From the NCBI RefSeq assembly GCF_036321535.1, contig NC_087436.1, positions 101,620,001 through 101,684,000 of the forward strand: a stretch of DNA of 64,000 bases, written 5' to 3'. Of this stretch, positions 1-12,646 are shown in pieces. The DNA is from Camelus dromedarius. Its lineage: Eukaryota. The notes beneath the pieces are model-generated. The model was not told where the DNA came from. It saw only the letters and a list, made by a program, of their open reading frames with translations, and searched no databases. The position numbers and the translations under genes were made by a program. Every line of letters begins with the position of its first letter. Positions within the stretch are counted from its first letter, which is position 1.

Positions 1-410
1 AATGTCATTCTAAGTGAAGTAAGCCAGAAAGAGAAAGAAAAATACCGTATGAGATCGCTCATATGTGGAATCTAAAAAACAAAAACAAAAACAAACAAAC
101 AAACAAAAACAAAGTGTAAATAAAGGACAGAAATAGACTCACAGACAGAGAATACAGACTTATGGTTACCAGCGGGGTGGAGGTTGGGAAGGGATAGACT
201 GGGATTTCAAAATTGTAGAATAGACTACACTGTATAGCACAGGGAAATATACACAAAATGTTATGATAACTCACAGAGAAAAAAATGTGACAATGAGTGT
301 GTATATGTCCATGAATAACCGAAAAATTGTGCTGAACACTGGAATTTGACACAACATTGTAAAATGATTATAAATCAATAAAAAATGTTTAAAAAAAAAA
401 AAAAACAAAA
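1..410 (+). mobile_element. L1 3' end (ORF2 tail, 3' UTR, poly-A), truncated by window start
   Basis: 'tcattctaagtgaagtaagccag...atatgtggaatctaaaaa' L1 3' motif; ends 'gacacaacattgtaaa...aataaaaa' plus A tract; homologous to other L1 3' ends in the window. Confidence 0.9.
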
Positions 411-3344
411 CAAGGCACTCCAAATCGGAGAACTGCGTGCTGTTGGTGAGAATGTCTTGAAGTATTGTTCTTGATCTATATGCAAAAGTATAGGGACATA
501 CACTTGTCAAAAGAGAATACAGGGTTCAATCTAACCAATCCATCTTGTGCAGATTTACCCTTCATTCAGTACAAATTTAAAATGAATAAAGCATTTTGAT
601 TAGAATTCAGCAATAAAATCTTAACTCAAAAACAAAAACAACAGAAGTATCTCGTTCACAAAATGCCTGTGAACGAGAAAGAAAAGTACCTGGAAGCAAT
701 GCCTCCCTCTAGCTCTCTGTCAAGTTTGATTAACAGATTCTCTCATCTCGACTTGGAGCAACTCTCTTTGAATCATGAATTGTGAAAATGAATTGTGCAT
801 AAAGGTGCTGGCACCCGAGGACCTTGAGTTTTCCAAATGATGTTTTCCAAGTTAACTAAATGCAACCATTGTGTAAGTAGAAGGTAGTTGTCAATATGAA
901 CCCTTCAGCAGAGTAAAAGTAGTCATATTGAATTTTTTGCATTATTCATTCTATGTTATGTGATAACACATAATCTATCAATTATTTATTACCTATCACA
1001 ATTAAATTTGTCAGATATTTTGGTAAAACCACTACCATAAGCAGCAATGACTTAACATGCTCTCATAAGGATCAAGCAACCAATGTAGTTTAATACATGA
1101 TCCATTAGAACATTTCTTTTCAAAGCCTGGAGTTCTTTGACAGGTGAAAAAAAAAATTATGTATACTGTATACATTACATAACAAGGATCTTACAAAATT
1201 CTATCAATAAATATCCACAAAAGTATTGCATGACACTCTAAAACTCAATTTCACTATTCTGTTGAAAAAATTCCATTGGTTACATATCTCATTTAAGTGT
1301 TGGGGAGAATACTCAGTGACTTCTAAGAAATGATGGACAATCTGAATTAAATGGCCAATTAACTTAAAATCAAAACTATAATAAATTACATATTTGATAA
1401 AAGTAATCTGTATGTGTGCTTGTCACATTAATATAATGTAGAATAAGGTGGCTATAATTGTGGATGACTAGATCTACTGAGCTGGTAGAATGGTCCTGCT
1501 GGCTAGTAAATCAGATTACTAAAGTCAGGAAGGAATTAGAAGAAAGCAGGAAAGAGAGGGAGGGAGGAAAGGAGAGAGGGAGCAAAAGAGAAAAAGGAGG
1601 GAAGGAAGGAAGGGTTTGTAGACAAACTGTTGTGTGTCAGGCCCTAAAATAAATTCTTTCCTTAATTCTCCAACGCTGGTTCTATTATCCCCAGAATTTA
1701 GTTTAGCTTTTTTTTTTTTTTTCAAGGTGAAAGCATCAAGGTTTAGAAAGATCAAATAAATATTCCGTGAACACATAAATAATGAAGGAAGAACCAAGAT
1801 TTTAAGCCATTGACTTTTGATTACATCTGGACAACACTCTTTGCTTAAACATAGACTGACTAAACAAATATTTACTGCTATTTATTTTTATCATTTACCT
1901 ACTTTCCTGTAACTGTAATAATCACCAGCAAACACTCAGGATGTAATGTCTCTTTACTCTGCCATTGTAACAGGAAAAATAGAAAAAAGAATGTCTGTAC
2001 AAAACATTTTATTTTAAGATATTTTCTACCCAGTATGCTGAAGAGAAATTCAATTAATGGTAGTTAAAATTAATCAACAAGGAATTGAATGGGACAAAGG
2101 GCCTAATTGTTCCTTAAAATGTTTATTTCACAGTCTGTTCTAGACGTCATTTTTTATCACATCTTGTTGGGACATCTCTTAATAATAAAAATAGTTACTT
2201 TTTTGAGCTATACTTTTGAAAGGCTGTGATGATATAATACAAATAGGATTATGCTGTTTTATTAAACTTGTATACGTGCAAATCCTAAAACGCGAGCATG
2301 AGTTCAGCTTTGTTTCTCAGTACAAAATTAAACTATACTAAATTAAACTATGCTAAAGGAAGTTCTTGGCTAAGGGAGTTTGGCCATCTCAATAAATGAG
2401 CATCATTTATGCAGTTTGCTCATTTCCCTGCAATGCTTTTGCATGTTCAATAAACATTGATATGAGTGAAAGGATATGAAATCTCTACCAACAAAGTAGA
2501 AAGAAAAAATAACACACTAATTTAAAATATACTTCAGCTACCTGTCATGAGCAAATTAAAAAAAGCCTTTAATGGAAAGAAGTGCAGTACTTGGCAATAT
2601 TGTTACTTGCTTCTATGGATGATTCAGCTTATTCGAGTCTTAAAAAGGGCTCAGATATCTTTGTATCTTCATATCTAAATGCTGTGGTTTTCCTGTGCGA
2701 TAAGGTGAATTATTTCCATTTACTAACTTTAGAAACAAAAGATAGGATATTTCTGCATTAAATTTTAGCTTTCGGTATCTAAAATAGCATCTTTGGCCAT
2801 AGACTGACCTCATATTTTGTTTCTGTTTAATTTATATTAATCTTGCATCATCATTTGCAAAATTTTGTGCATGGATATTTCTTGTGAATAACTAAAGTGA
2901 ATCAAACCCAGGCATTGTATTTGACTTCTTTAGGGCTGAAAACTGGGAGAAAAAGGTTAATAAGTTCTACCATTTTACCAGAGATTGCTCTTCAAGGCTG
3001 ACTGCAGGAGACTTTCAATTGCTTACTCATGCAAGATTTTATCAGTAAACTGACAGCTTCAACCGTCTCTATTTACAGGTTCCTGTTGTTCAGCATCGAT
3101 AAACTCACTGATTGGATCTATGCAATTTTAAAGACGGCCACACAGCCAAGGCCCTGACTGCAACTGCAGGGAATGCCTTTGAGAAATTGAGATCAAAGAC
3201 TGAAAACTTGCACGCTTAAGTGTAGATTCATTCATATTCTTTATGACTCTTTAGGGAAGCACAGCAGTGGACAGTCGTATCACTGCTGTGCACTTACAGT
3301 GGGTGTTATTTGTTAAGAAAATATATGTCAATTAGTCCAGCAAA

Positions 3345-4330
3345 GGGGTTGCCATAATGGCGGAGTAGAAGGACACATAGCTCACCCTTTCCCGTGAACA
3401 CACCAAAAACTGTATATAAATACAGAATAATTCGCACAGAGTAACTCCCGAACTTTGGCATAATGTCTCTTACTTTGGAAATACAAGAAAAGCTTCACAA
3501 AACCAGGTCAGGGGGGAGGGAAGGGAAGAAAGCAAATGGAAATTGGTGCATGATGTGTCCCACAGAGAGAGAGCAGCATAAAAGGAAAAGCGTGCTCACC
3601 CTGGGAAGCCCCCTTTCCAGCAGCGAGATCCATGGGGACAGAAAGGGAGCTTCAGAGGCTTAGAGGAGACAGCAGCAGCAGCTTGGCAGATAGAACTGAG
3701 AGAAACCAGCAGAGAGGGTCACTGTGATCCCTAGCCTGAGACGCACGCCAGTGGGGACAGGCTGGGCTGGGCTGCTGGAGCTCGGGCTTCCACGGACGAG
3801 CCTGGGGAGATGACTGGGGTTGACTGCACAGAGGCAGCCTCAGGAGGCTGGAGTGTGGTGTGGGCTGTGGCTCAAAGAGAGTGCAAATCAGTCTGGGTCC
3901 CTCTATAGAAAGCACCATTGCATTTGGGACGAGGGGTGCATTGCAGCCTGGCCATAGCTGCCATCTCCACTGACGCAGGGGGTGTTGCTCTGCACCAGTG
4001 TTGGTGAGCATTACTGTGAGAAGAGAGATGGGGTTCAGTCACAGCCGTCTTCTCAGCTTGCTCTGGAGGGGCACCATTGCTGGTGCTTGGCTCCTGGGCA
4101 GAGGAGGGGCTGAAACATGAACCCCTGCTCAGGCCCTGCAACATCACAGGTGGGACTGATGTGATTCTACTCCCAGGCAGGGGTGGTGGATTTGCTCTCC
4201 TGGTGCCTTTGTGGACCTGTGCTTCTAAGACAAATGAGCAGAGATCTGGTGCACACTGGGGTGGGTTTGACATCAACAGCAGGTCTGTGTACCCTCCTTT
4301 TGATTTGTGGTTACCCTATTTTTTAAGTAT
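3345..4330 (+). mobile_element. L1 5' UTR-like GC-rich segment
   Basis: Begins 'ggggttgccataatggcggagtagaagga', resembling the YY1-site start of laurasiatherian L1 5' UTRs; directly upstream of L1 ORF2 remnants. Confidence 0.65.
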
Positions 4331-4434
4331 GCTAACCCATTACTGTATCTATTTGCTTTAGAATAGTAGTCATATAGGCTCTAACACATCCTACTAAGAA
4401 TGCAAAGAAAATTTATATTTGATTTCACTGGGGA

Positions 4435-6296
4435 ATTCTATCAAACATGCAAGGAAGAACTCATACTGATCCTTCTCAAACTCTTCCAAAAGACCGAAGA
4501 GGAGGGAATACTCCCAAAAGACTGAAGAGGAAGGCATACTCCCAAACTCATTCTACAAAGTCACCATCACTCTGATACCAAAACCAGGCAAAGACACTAC
4601 CGAAAAAGAAAATTATAGGCCAATATTGTTGATGAACATAGATGCAAAAATCCTCCACAAAATATTAGCCAACAGACTCCAACAGCACATAAAAAAAGGT
4701 CATACACCATGATCAAGGGGGATTCATCCCAGGGATGGTTCAAAATACACAAATCCATAAATGTGATACACCACATCAACAAAAGAAAGGACAAAAATCA
4801 CATGATCATCTCAGTAGATGCAGAAAAAGCATCTGATAAAATTCAAAACTCATTTATTATAAAAACTCTTACCTAAGTGGGCATAGAAGGAACATATCTC
4901 AACATAATGAAAGCTATTTATGATAAACCCACAGCCAGCATAATACTCAACAGTGAAAAGTTGAAAGCCTTCCCTCTAAAATCTGGAACAAGGCAAGAAT
5001 GCCCACACTCATTACTTCAATTCAACAGAGTATTGGAAGTCCTGGCCACAGCAGTCAGACAAGAAAAAGAAATAAAAGGAATCCAAATTCAAAGAGAAGA
5101 AGTAAAATTGTCACTAAATGTGGATTACATGGTATTTTATATAGAAAACCCTAAAGGCTCCACACAAAAACTAGTAAAGCTGATAAAACAATTTGGAAAG
5201 ATAGCAGGATACAAGATTAACATAGACAAATCAGTTGCATTTCTTTACACTAACAATGAAATATCAGAAAAGGAAAGTAAAGAAACAATCTCTTTTAAAA
5301 TCTCATTCAAAAAAACAAAATACTTAGGAATAAATCTGACCAAGGAAGTGAAAGACTTATGAGAACTACAAAACATTAATTAAGGAAATTAAAGATAACT
5401 CAAAGAAATAGAAAGATATCTCATGCTTTTGGATTGGAGGAATTAATATTGTTAAAATGGCCACACTACCAAAATCAATCATTAAAAAGTCCATGAATGA
5501 TAAATGCTGGAGAGGGTGTGGAGAAAAGGGAACCCTCCTACACTGCTGGTAAGAATGTAGTTTGGTGCAGATATTATGGAAAACAGTATGGAGATTCCTT
5601 AAAAAACTAAAAATAGACTTACTGTATGATCCAGAAATCCCACTCCTGGGCATATATCTGGAAAGAATTCTAATTCAAAAAGCTACATGCACCCCAATGT
5701 TCACAGCAGCACTATGTACAATAGCCAAGACATGGAAGCAACCTAAGTGTCCATCAACAGATGACTGGATAAAGAACCTGTGGTATATTTATACAATGAA
5801 TACTACTCAGCCACAAAAAGAATGAAAGAATGTCATTTGCAGCAACATGAATGAACCTGGGAGATTGTCATTCTAAGTGAAGTAAGCCAGAAAGAAAAAA
5901 AAAGAATACTATATGATATCACTTATATGTGGAATCTAAAAACAATAAAAAATAAAGACACAAATGAACTTATTTATAAAACAGAAACAGACTCACAGAC
6001 AGAAAAAAATAAACTTACAGTTACTAGGGGGAAAGGAGGTGGGAATGAATAAATCAGGAGTTTGCAGATATATATACTACTATATATAAAATAGATAAGG
6101 AACAGGTTTCTCCTGTATAGCACAAGGAACTATATTCAGTATTTTGTAGTAACCTGTAATGGAAAAGACTATGAAAACAAATACATGTATGTATACATAT
6201 ATGACTGAAACATTATGCTGTGCACCAATAATTGACACAACATTGTAAACTGACTACTTCAATAATAATAATAAAAAAAACTTAAAAAATAAAAGG
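4435..6296 (+). mobile_element. L1 ORF2 remnant (RT domain part and C-terminal part), 3' UTR and A tail; internally deleted
   Basis: ORF 4877-5362 [42 protein letters not shown]...[14 protein letters not shown] (RT); ORF 5562-5825 [28 protein letters not shown]...CTPMFTAAL (C-terminus). Confidence 0.95.
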
Positions 6297-6419
6297 CCAG
6301 CAAAAATAATAAACAAAAAAGAGGAAAACTGGATTGGATTGTTTCAAAGTACCCCTTTATTTGTAATTCAGTCAGTCCTCCATTCAACCATATGTTAGTT
6401 GATTATTGCCCCTGACTGT

Positions 6420-6871
6420 CACTGACCTACCTTCTGTCTCTATTGTCCTAGCTATTCTAAACATGTCATATAAATGGAATAATCCAATATGTGGCTTTTT
6501 GTGTCTGACTTCTTTCACTTGGCATAATCAGCACTTCATTCTTTTTTATGGCCAAATAATATTGTATTTTATGGTATGCCATATTTTATTTACCCAATTA
6601 TTTGTTGATAAACTTTGGCTTGTTCCCATTATTCATGGGGCTATCATGAATAATGCTGATGTGAATATTTGTGTACAAATTTTTAGACATAATTTAAGAA
6701 TTTTCTTGGGCATATTCCTAACAGTGGAATTGCTGGATCATGTGCTAATTCTATTTAACTTTTTGAAGAACTAGCTTACAAAGTGGCTTCATTATTTTAC
6801 ATCCCCCCCGGGACTGCGAGCAATGTATGAAGGTTCCAGTTTCTTCACATTCTTTCCTGTTATTGCTCATC
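6420..6871 (-). mobile_element. Older L1M-type 3' fragment, interrupted by retrocopy (resumes 8898-8960)
   Basis: Antisense L1 motifs 'ggaattgctggatcatgtg...tttaactttttgaagaac' and 'gcaatgtatgaaggttccagtttc'; continues as 'gatagccatcctggtaggtgtgaagtgatacctca' at ~8925. Confidence 0.8.
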
Positions 6872-7549
6872 TTTTTTTTTTTTTTTTTTTACTTAGGGGA
6901 GCACATTAATACTTATTTTGTGACAACGAAATATGTGTTGAGATTTTAAAAAACTACATTGAATCAACTTGCATTGCTTTTTCCTCCAGTTAAGTGTTGA
7001 ATGTGTAAAATAGGCATTTACTGTACAAGCTACTTTGGATAGCTGATTTTTCCACGTGAAACGATTATTAGTTCCTACTGAGTTTATAGTTTGAGAAAGA
7101 CAGTGTTAGCACTGAACTTCAGCAAAAGGCAGCTTTCTGACACCTCCTCATTCTAGAATCACATTTTTATTCCATGTGATTTATTTACTTATATACCTGA
7201 GCTCCTGCTTTTGAAATTGAACATATGAACTAAATTATTTGAGACTATAGATAACTCTTTCCACTTCTGAATCTTGTAGTTATCACTCCTATCCATGGGG
7301 GACCAATATTCACCCAACCAAAAGATGAAAATGCTGCATTTTGGAATGGACGTGGTTTTCCCAGTCAAGTTCAAGTTCTGGACTTCAGCCACTGCTGCAA
7401 GATGCCCAAGGATGGGAGCTGCTAGAGGAGTGTGGAAGAGAGAAGACCAGCCTGCCATGGTGCCTGCAGGGCCTCTTCCTGGAGGCCCATCTGGGGAATG
7501 CGTTAGATGCAGGATGACAGAGCTGTCAGTGAGCTCCTGGGAGAAGATG

Positions 7550-8079
7550 CTCAGAATCCCAGGGAGATTCTGTATCTTGCTCTTCTAATTTCAATGCTGA
7601 CATCATATTGTTTTTCCCAGACTGCTGAGAGGCATAAATTCGCTTTGCTAAGCTTGGTTTCAGGATGTTCTTGGTATCAAAATCTGAGACTTTATCATCT
7701 GTTGAAGGCCATGAATCATCAACATCAGGTTTGTTGCAAAGGCTGCTTAAGGAATCATCTCATTCGCTGGGTTGCTATTTTGAAAAGGAATTTTAGGTGT
7801 CTCTTCTTCTTTATAGTCAGCGATCAGTTGGCGATTAATATTAAAACCACTAGTAAGAGTGTATTCTTCTGCAGTGCATCCATACATATCTTGAGAAAAG
7901 ACATCAGAACCTTGCTGAAGAAGACACCTGACCATATGTGGTGATTCATAATTTACAGCAAGCATGAGGGTTCTTTTCAGCTTATCAACTGCAGGTATAT
8001 TTGCCTCTTTCTTTGCTAGAAGTTCTGCCATTTGCTCTTTGCTTTCACTTACAGCAAGTAAAAGTACTGTGACATCATC
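7550..8079 (-). pseudogene. ANKRD26: ANKRD26-like segment (ankyrin repeats and downstream motifs), spliced, degenerate
   Basis: DDVTVLLLAVSESKEQMAELLAKKEANIPAVDKL...RQLIADYKEEETPKIPFQNSNP; KNILKPSLAKRIYASQQSGKN; MSALKLEEQDTESPWDSE. These match recalled ANKRD26 motifs (LTPLLLAVSGKKQQMVEFL, KPSLAKLMTASQQSRKN, ESPWDSE). Confidence 0.85.
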
Positions 8080-8589
8080 CATTGCTGATGAGAATTTCTG
8101 AGGTGACTTCCAGCTCCTCCAGGGGTTCCACCCTGGTGTTTTCCAGCTTAACAAGCAGGTGCTGTTTCTCTGCTGTAAAGCGGCACTGACATGTTAGTAG
8201 ATGTTTCACCACCAGAGGAAGGTTGCAGTGAGTGAGTGTACAGCCTTGGGCAGAGAGGTGCTGATCCACGGTCTGGACAGAGCAGGGATAACCTCCATGT
8301 GCAGCTGCTCAACTTTATTCCTGGAAGGTGGTCCAGCACAGTCACTGAAGACACTGAAGACCGTGGTGTGGTAGCCATGTTTTCCACATGGAGTTCAAAT
8401 GGCATTGGGTTATATACCGTCAGCTGAACTTTACACACACCTCCGTGGACCCACTGGAAGCCTGATGACGGACAGTTTGGTGAAGGGTGCCGGGGGCAGG
8501 GGGAGGCCATCTGGGAGGGTGATGAGCACCATGGTCCTGGGACACTTGGATGTCTAGTTCTCCAGGCTTTGCATCACATCTGTCATTCT
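8080..8589 (-). pseudogene. TRAPPC9: TRAPPC9-like segment, spliced, with stops and frameshifts
   Basis: [101 protein letters not shown]. These match recalled TRAPPC9 motifs ([28 protein letters not shown] etc.). Confidence 0.88.
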
Positions 8590-9059
8590 CGCTGCTGTGG
8601 TCACCAGAAGCTTTTGATCTCCAGGTCAGGCCCACAAGCTCCCAAAGGCCCGGGCCTCACCCCCCCTGTTATTCCGCCCCAGGTCGCCTGTGACCCGGAA
8701 GGCAGGTGCGGAGCCGATGCCCAGGGTCCCGGGCAGCCTCCACTCGCCAGGCAGGCTCACCTGCCCGGTGGCAGCAGCGGAGGCGGCCGCCCCCTCTGGA
8801 GGCCATCTTCCTCTTCGGGGTGCTGGTCCAGGAGCACCCACTCCTGCCCAGCTTCCACACGCTCTGGACAGGCTCTGGCGTCTGCCCGTCCGTGCTCCAT
8901 CTTTTTCTTTTTCTTTTTTTTTATGATAGCCATCCTGGTAGGTGTGAAGTGATACCTCAAATTTAGTTAATTTTCTTAGCATTTACAAACTAAGTGATAC
9001 ATGGGTAGACATGAAAACAGATTCATGGGGACACAATTAAATAGATGATAGAAGCTACA

Positions 9060-9860
9060 CAGGCGTACCCCAATGATATTGCAGGTTCAATTCCAGACCA
9101 CCTCCATAAAGCACATATTGCAATAAAGTGAGCCACATGATTTCTTGTTTCTAAGTGCATATAAAATTTATGTTTACACTACACTGTAGTCTATTTAACT
9201 TGCTACAGCATTATATCTAAAAAAGCAATACACATACCTTAATTAAAAATACTTTAATAAGTCTTAGCCATCACCTGAGCCTTCAGTAAGTCACAATGTT
9301 TTTTACTGGTGGAGGGTCTTGCCTCCATGCTGACAGATCAGGCTGGTAGTTGCGGAAAGTTGGGATGTCTGCGGCAATTTCTTAAAATAATAAATAACAA
9401 TTGATAGTAAAATACTGATTGATTCCTCCTTTCACTTGAACACTTAGAGGCCATTGTAGGGTAATCGATTGGTCTAATTTAAATAGTGTTGTGTCTCAGG
9501 GAATAGGGAGGCCCAAGAAAAGAAAGAGAGATAGGGGGACAGTCAGTCAGTGGAGCAGGCAGAACGCACACAGCATCTGTGAATCAGGTTTTCATCTCGT
9601 GTGGGTGGGGTTTGTGGCACCCCGAAACAATTACAATAGTAACATCAAAGATCACAGACCACCATAACAAATACAATAATAATGAAAAAATTTGAAATAT
9701 TGAGAGAATTACCAAAATGTGACAGAGAGGCACAACATGGAAAGACGGTGCTGGTAGATTTGCTGGAGACAAGGTTGCCACAAACTTTCAATGTGTAAAC
9801 AAAAAACTCAGTATCTGCAAAGTACAGTAAAGTGAAGCACAATAAAATGAGATACGCCTG
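9060..9860 (-). mobile_element. Tigger1-like DNA transposon, internally deleted
   Basis: Both termini: 'caggcgtacc...gatattgcaggttcaattccagacca' and 'gcacaataaaatgagatacgcctg' (CAGGC TIRs). Confidence 0.8.
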
Positions 9861-10630
9861 CATATAGAAACTTCCAAACAAATTATGCAAATTCATGGTT
9901 TGTTTTTTTTTTTTTTCTGAGAAATAGCACACTCACAAGGTCAGATACTCTTTTGTGAGAGGAATGACCCTTTCAAAGTCACTGGCATTGACTGGCTTTT
10001 GAAGGATGAACACTATTCACACAGAGTGAGAAGAGAGAGAAAACTCTTCAGATGGAATATTTAAAGTAACATTTCTGGAAGGCAAAGAAGTGCACAGGGT
10101 ATCGTTGTGAAGCACTGGGTAGATCCATTTTGCTTGAGCAGACAGTTTTAAAGAGAAGAAGATAAACCTGGGAAAACATATAACCATCACAACTGAAATA
10201 GTGCAACAGAAATAATTAGAGTAATTACAGACATTCAGTATTTTGAAACAATGCAGGATGAAGACAGGTGTAAGTGACATCATGAGTGAAACATCATGAT
10301 GTTTAATGTGACTGTGCACTGAAACACTCACAAAAGTTTCAGAAAGAGATAGTATTTGAATGGACATGGACACATGCCAGGTTGGTCCAATATCAGAAGG
10401 AATTATTGAGAATTAGGTAAGAGATGGGCAAAGCTCTGTCTGCTATTCGGTTCTGCCCACAAGACTTGTGCTGTACCATGGTACCCCACTGAATCTTGGC
10501 TTTCTGAGGACCCTAGAGCTAAGGTTGCTTCTGGTCTTCATATATTTCTATTCTTTTGAACCCAGCTTGGCTGCTAGCTACATTATGTTTATATAAACAA
10601 AGTGTTTTACTTGAGGGTATTAATTAGCTA

Positions 10631-11092
10631 TGTCACCGTTGGACAGCACCCTGCAGGTTTACAAGCCCTGCTCCAAGACCTAAGAGCCCGGAATCAGCAA
10701 CAGAGACAATCAGTAGTTCAGTGGGTAGGGTGAACTTACACATCTGAAGCAAGGTGCTGGAGCAACATCCCACTGTGTGGGGGGACGGAGGGCAGAATGT
10801 GGTGGCAATCTTTGCTCCTGGGAGGGGAAGAAGTTACCAGTTATAGGGGACTTGATGTCAGGTTGACTCATCGGTTACCAGGGTAATCAGCAGAGAGTCG
10901 TGTCCTTCACCACCCCTTTGATAAGCACAGTGCAGAGTTCTGATCTAAATCTAGAACAGTCATTAGCTGGGGCCTGGGGCAAGTGTGAAGGAAGATCAGT
11001 CACATGGGTCAGGTGCAGGTGAAGCAGGCACCAGTCGAGCAGGAGATGGACACAGAGCAAGAGAGAGGCATCTTGAGTGGCCTGGCCATGTA
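10631..11092. mobile_element. Probable solo LTR
   Basis: Abrupt GC-richer ~460-bp block starting TG ('tgtcaccgttgg'); right end and TSD unclear. Confidence 0.45.
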
Positions 11093-12589
11093 GTCATCAT
11101 CAAAGGTGCATTTTATTTACTGACTGAAACGGAAGAATCGTGGGATGACATCAGTGACATTGGAATTCCCATGCTCTTTTAAGGCTATAATTCCTTATTC
11201 TCACTGTACGGGCTGAACCCTTGTCCCAAGATGCCTGTTGAAATTGAGGTTTCAGGGAAGCGTCTTCCAGGATAATGTTCCTTGTATACAGGAGGTGGAA
11301 CTGAAAATTAAGAAAACAGTTAAAATATTGCAAAACTAGACAAAATGATGACAAAGGGATGGATATTCATTCAGAGCAGAACATGTGAAATGAGAGAAGA
11401 GCATGGCAATCTGGTAGTGGGCACTTAAAGTAGCCAAAGTCAGAAGACAACAGTTGGGATGTGAACATTTCAGTTTTCAGCAGTAGGAGATCACCAAAAA
11501 AGGAATCATAAAGCTGGCTCGGAATGCGTGTCATCATCCTAAACCGTGTTAAGCCCTGTGACGAGGTAGGTCGAGTTCTCTGGCGAGGGGGGTGTCAAGC
11601 TGTAATGACAGCTCCGCAGGGCGCAGTGTCAGGAGCCAGTCCTATTGCGCTGCTGTTGAGAAGGACAGTGGGCTGGAGGTGGGCTTCCACTTTCAAGTCC
11701 TTTCAACGTGCTGATTCCTCAAGCCAGTGCATACGTATCCTGGGCAACTGAAAAGAAGAATGAACAAAGGCATCGAAACCCTTTAAAATTGCTCTCAAAG
11801 AACAAGATAACAGTTACTTTTATATGTGACTGACTATGATTCAGTCACTAAATCTAGCTGCAAAGCATGCTGGGAAATGTTCCCAGATAAGTACAAGCAT
11901 CATTTCTACCCAGGAAAGGAGCGGTGGACATCAAATGATAGATAACTGGCAGTCTCTTTCACATCTGCTTTAATAAAGAGTCAGTGTAAATCCTCTTAAA
12001 AAGCTGTAGTTTTATGACTCTCAACCCTTGTCTCACGGAAAAGAAAAATGAGTTTCAGAACCAAGAGTAGGCATTTGTGTCCTGCCTTCCTCTGCTCTCA
12101 CGTCACTTGCTCTCAGTAAGTCAGCTGCTCATTCAGAGGAGAAAATATTTCTCAGATGCCAAAAGCAAAGTTGATCTATTGTGAAAGAGTTGAAGTGTGT
12201 TCTAAAGAAACTTTAGACACTGCTCAGTCCTCGACACTGAAGGCCCTCGGGATGTTATGTGATTGTTATAATTATTTTTCGTTCCTTTGAGGCTGTGCTT
12301 AGAGCATGGGACAGGTAGCTATATTTTAATTTTAAATGTATTTGGATGATGCTCTCCATTGAATAAATGTTGATTTGAGTTAATACATATCAAGATCCGT
12401 GTTAGTCCTGATTTTTCCTTTAGGAAAGAACAAAATATAGATAAAATTATGACGTGTTTCAGACCCCCAGATGCCCATAGTAAAATCAGAAGATGACAAG
12501 TATTTCAACAACCAACTTGAGCAGTTTTACCACACAAACACATGCCACATACAGTATATGTTATGTTATACATGCTACATCATATATGC

Positions 12590-12646
12590 TATATATAATA
12601 TTATATTATATTATACTATACTATACTATACTATACTATACTATAC
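12590..12646. repeat. (TATTA/TACTA)n microsatellite
   Basis: Direct observation. Confidence 0.85.

Larger units (their letters stand above)
6872..8897 (-). pseudogene. Chimeric processed pseudogene: GC-rich leader + TRAPPC9-like exons + ANKRD26-like exons + unidentified 3' exon/UTR + poly-A
   Basis: T tract 6872-6890 (poly-A on -); TSD-like 'catcttttt' at both ends; interrupts an L1; intronless coding similarity to two genes. Confidence 0.85.
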
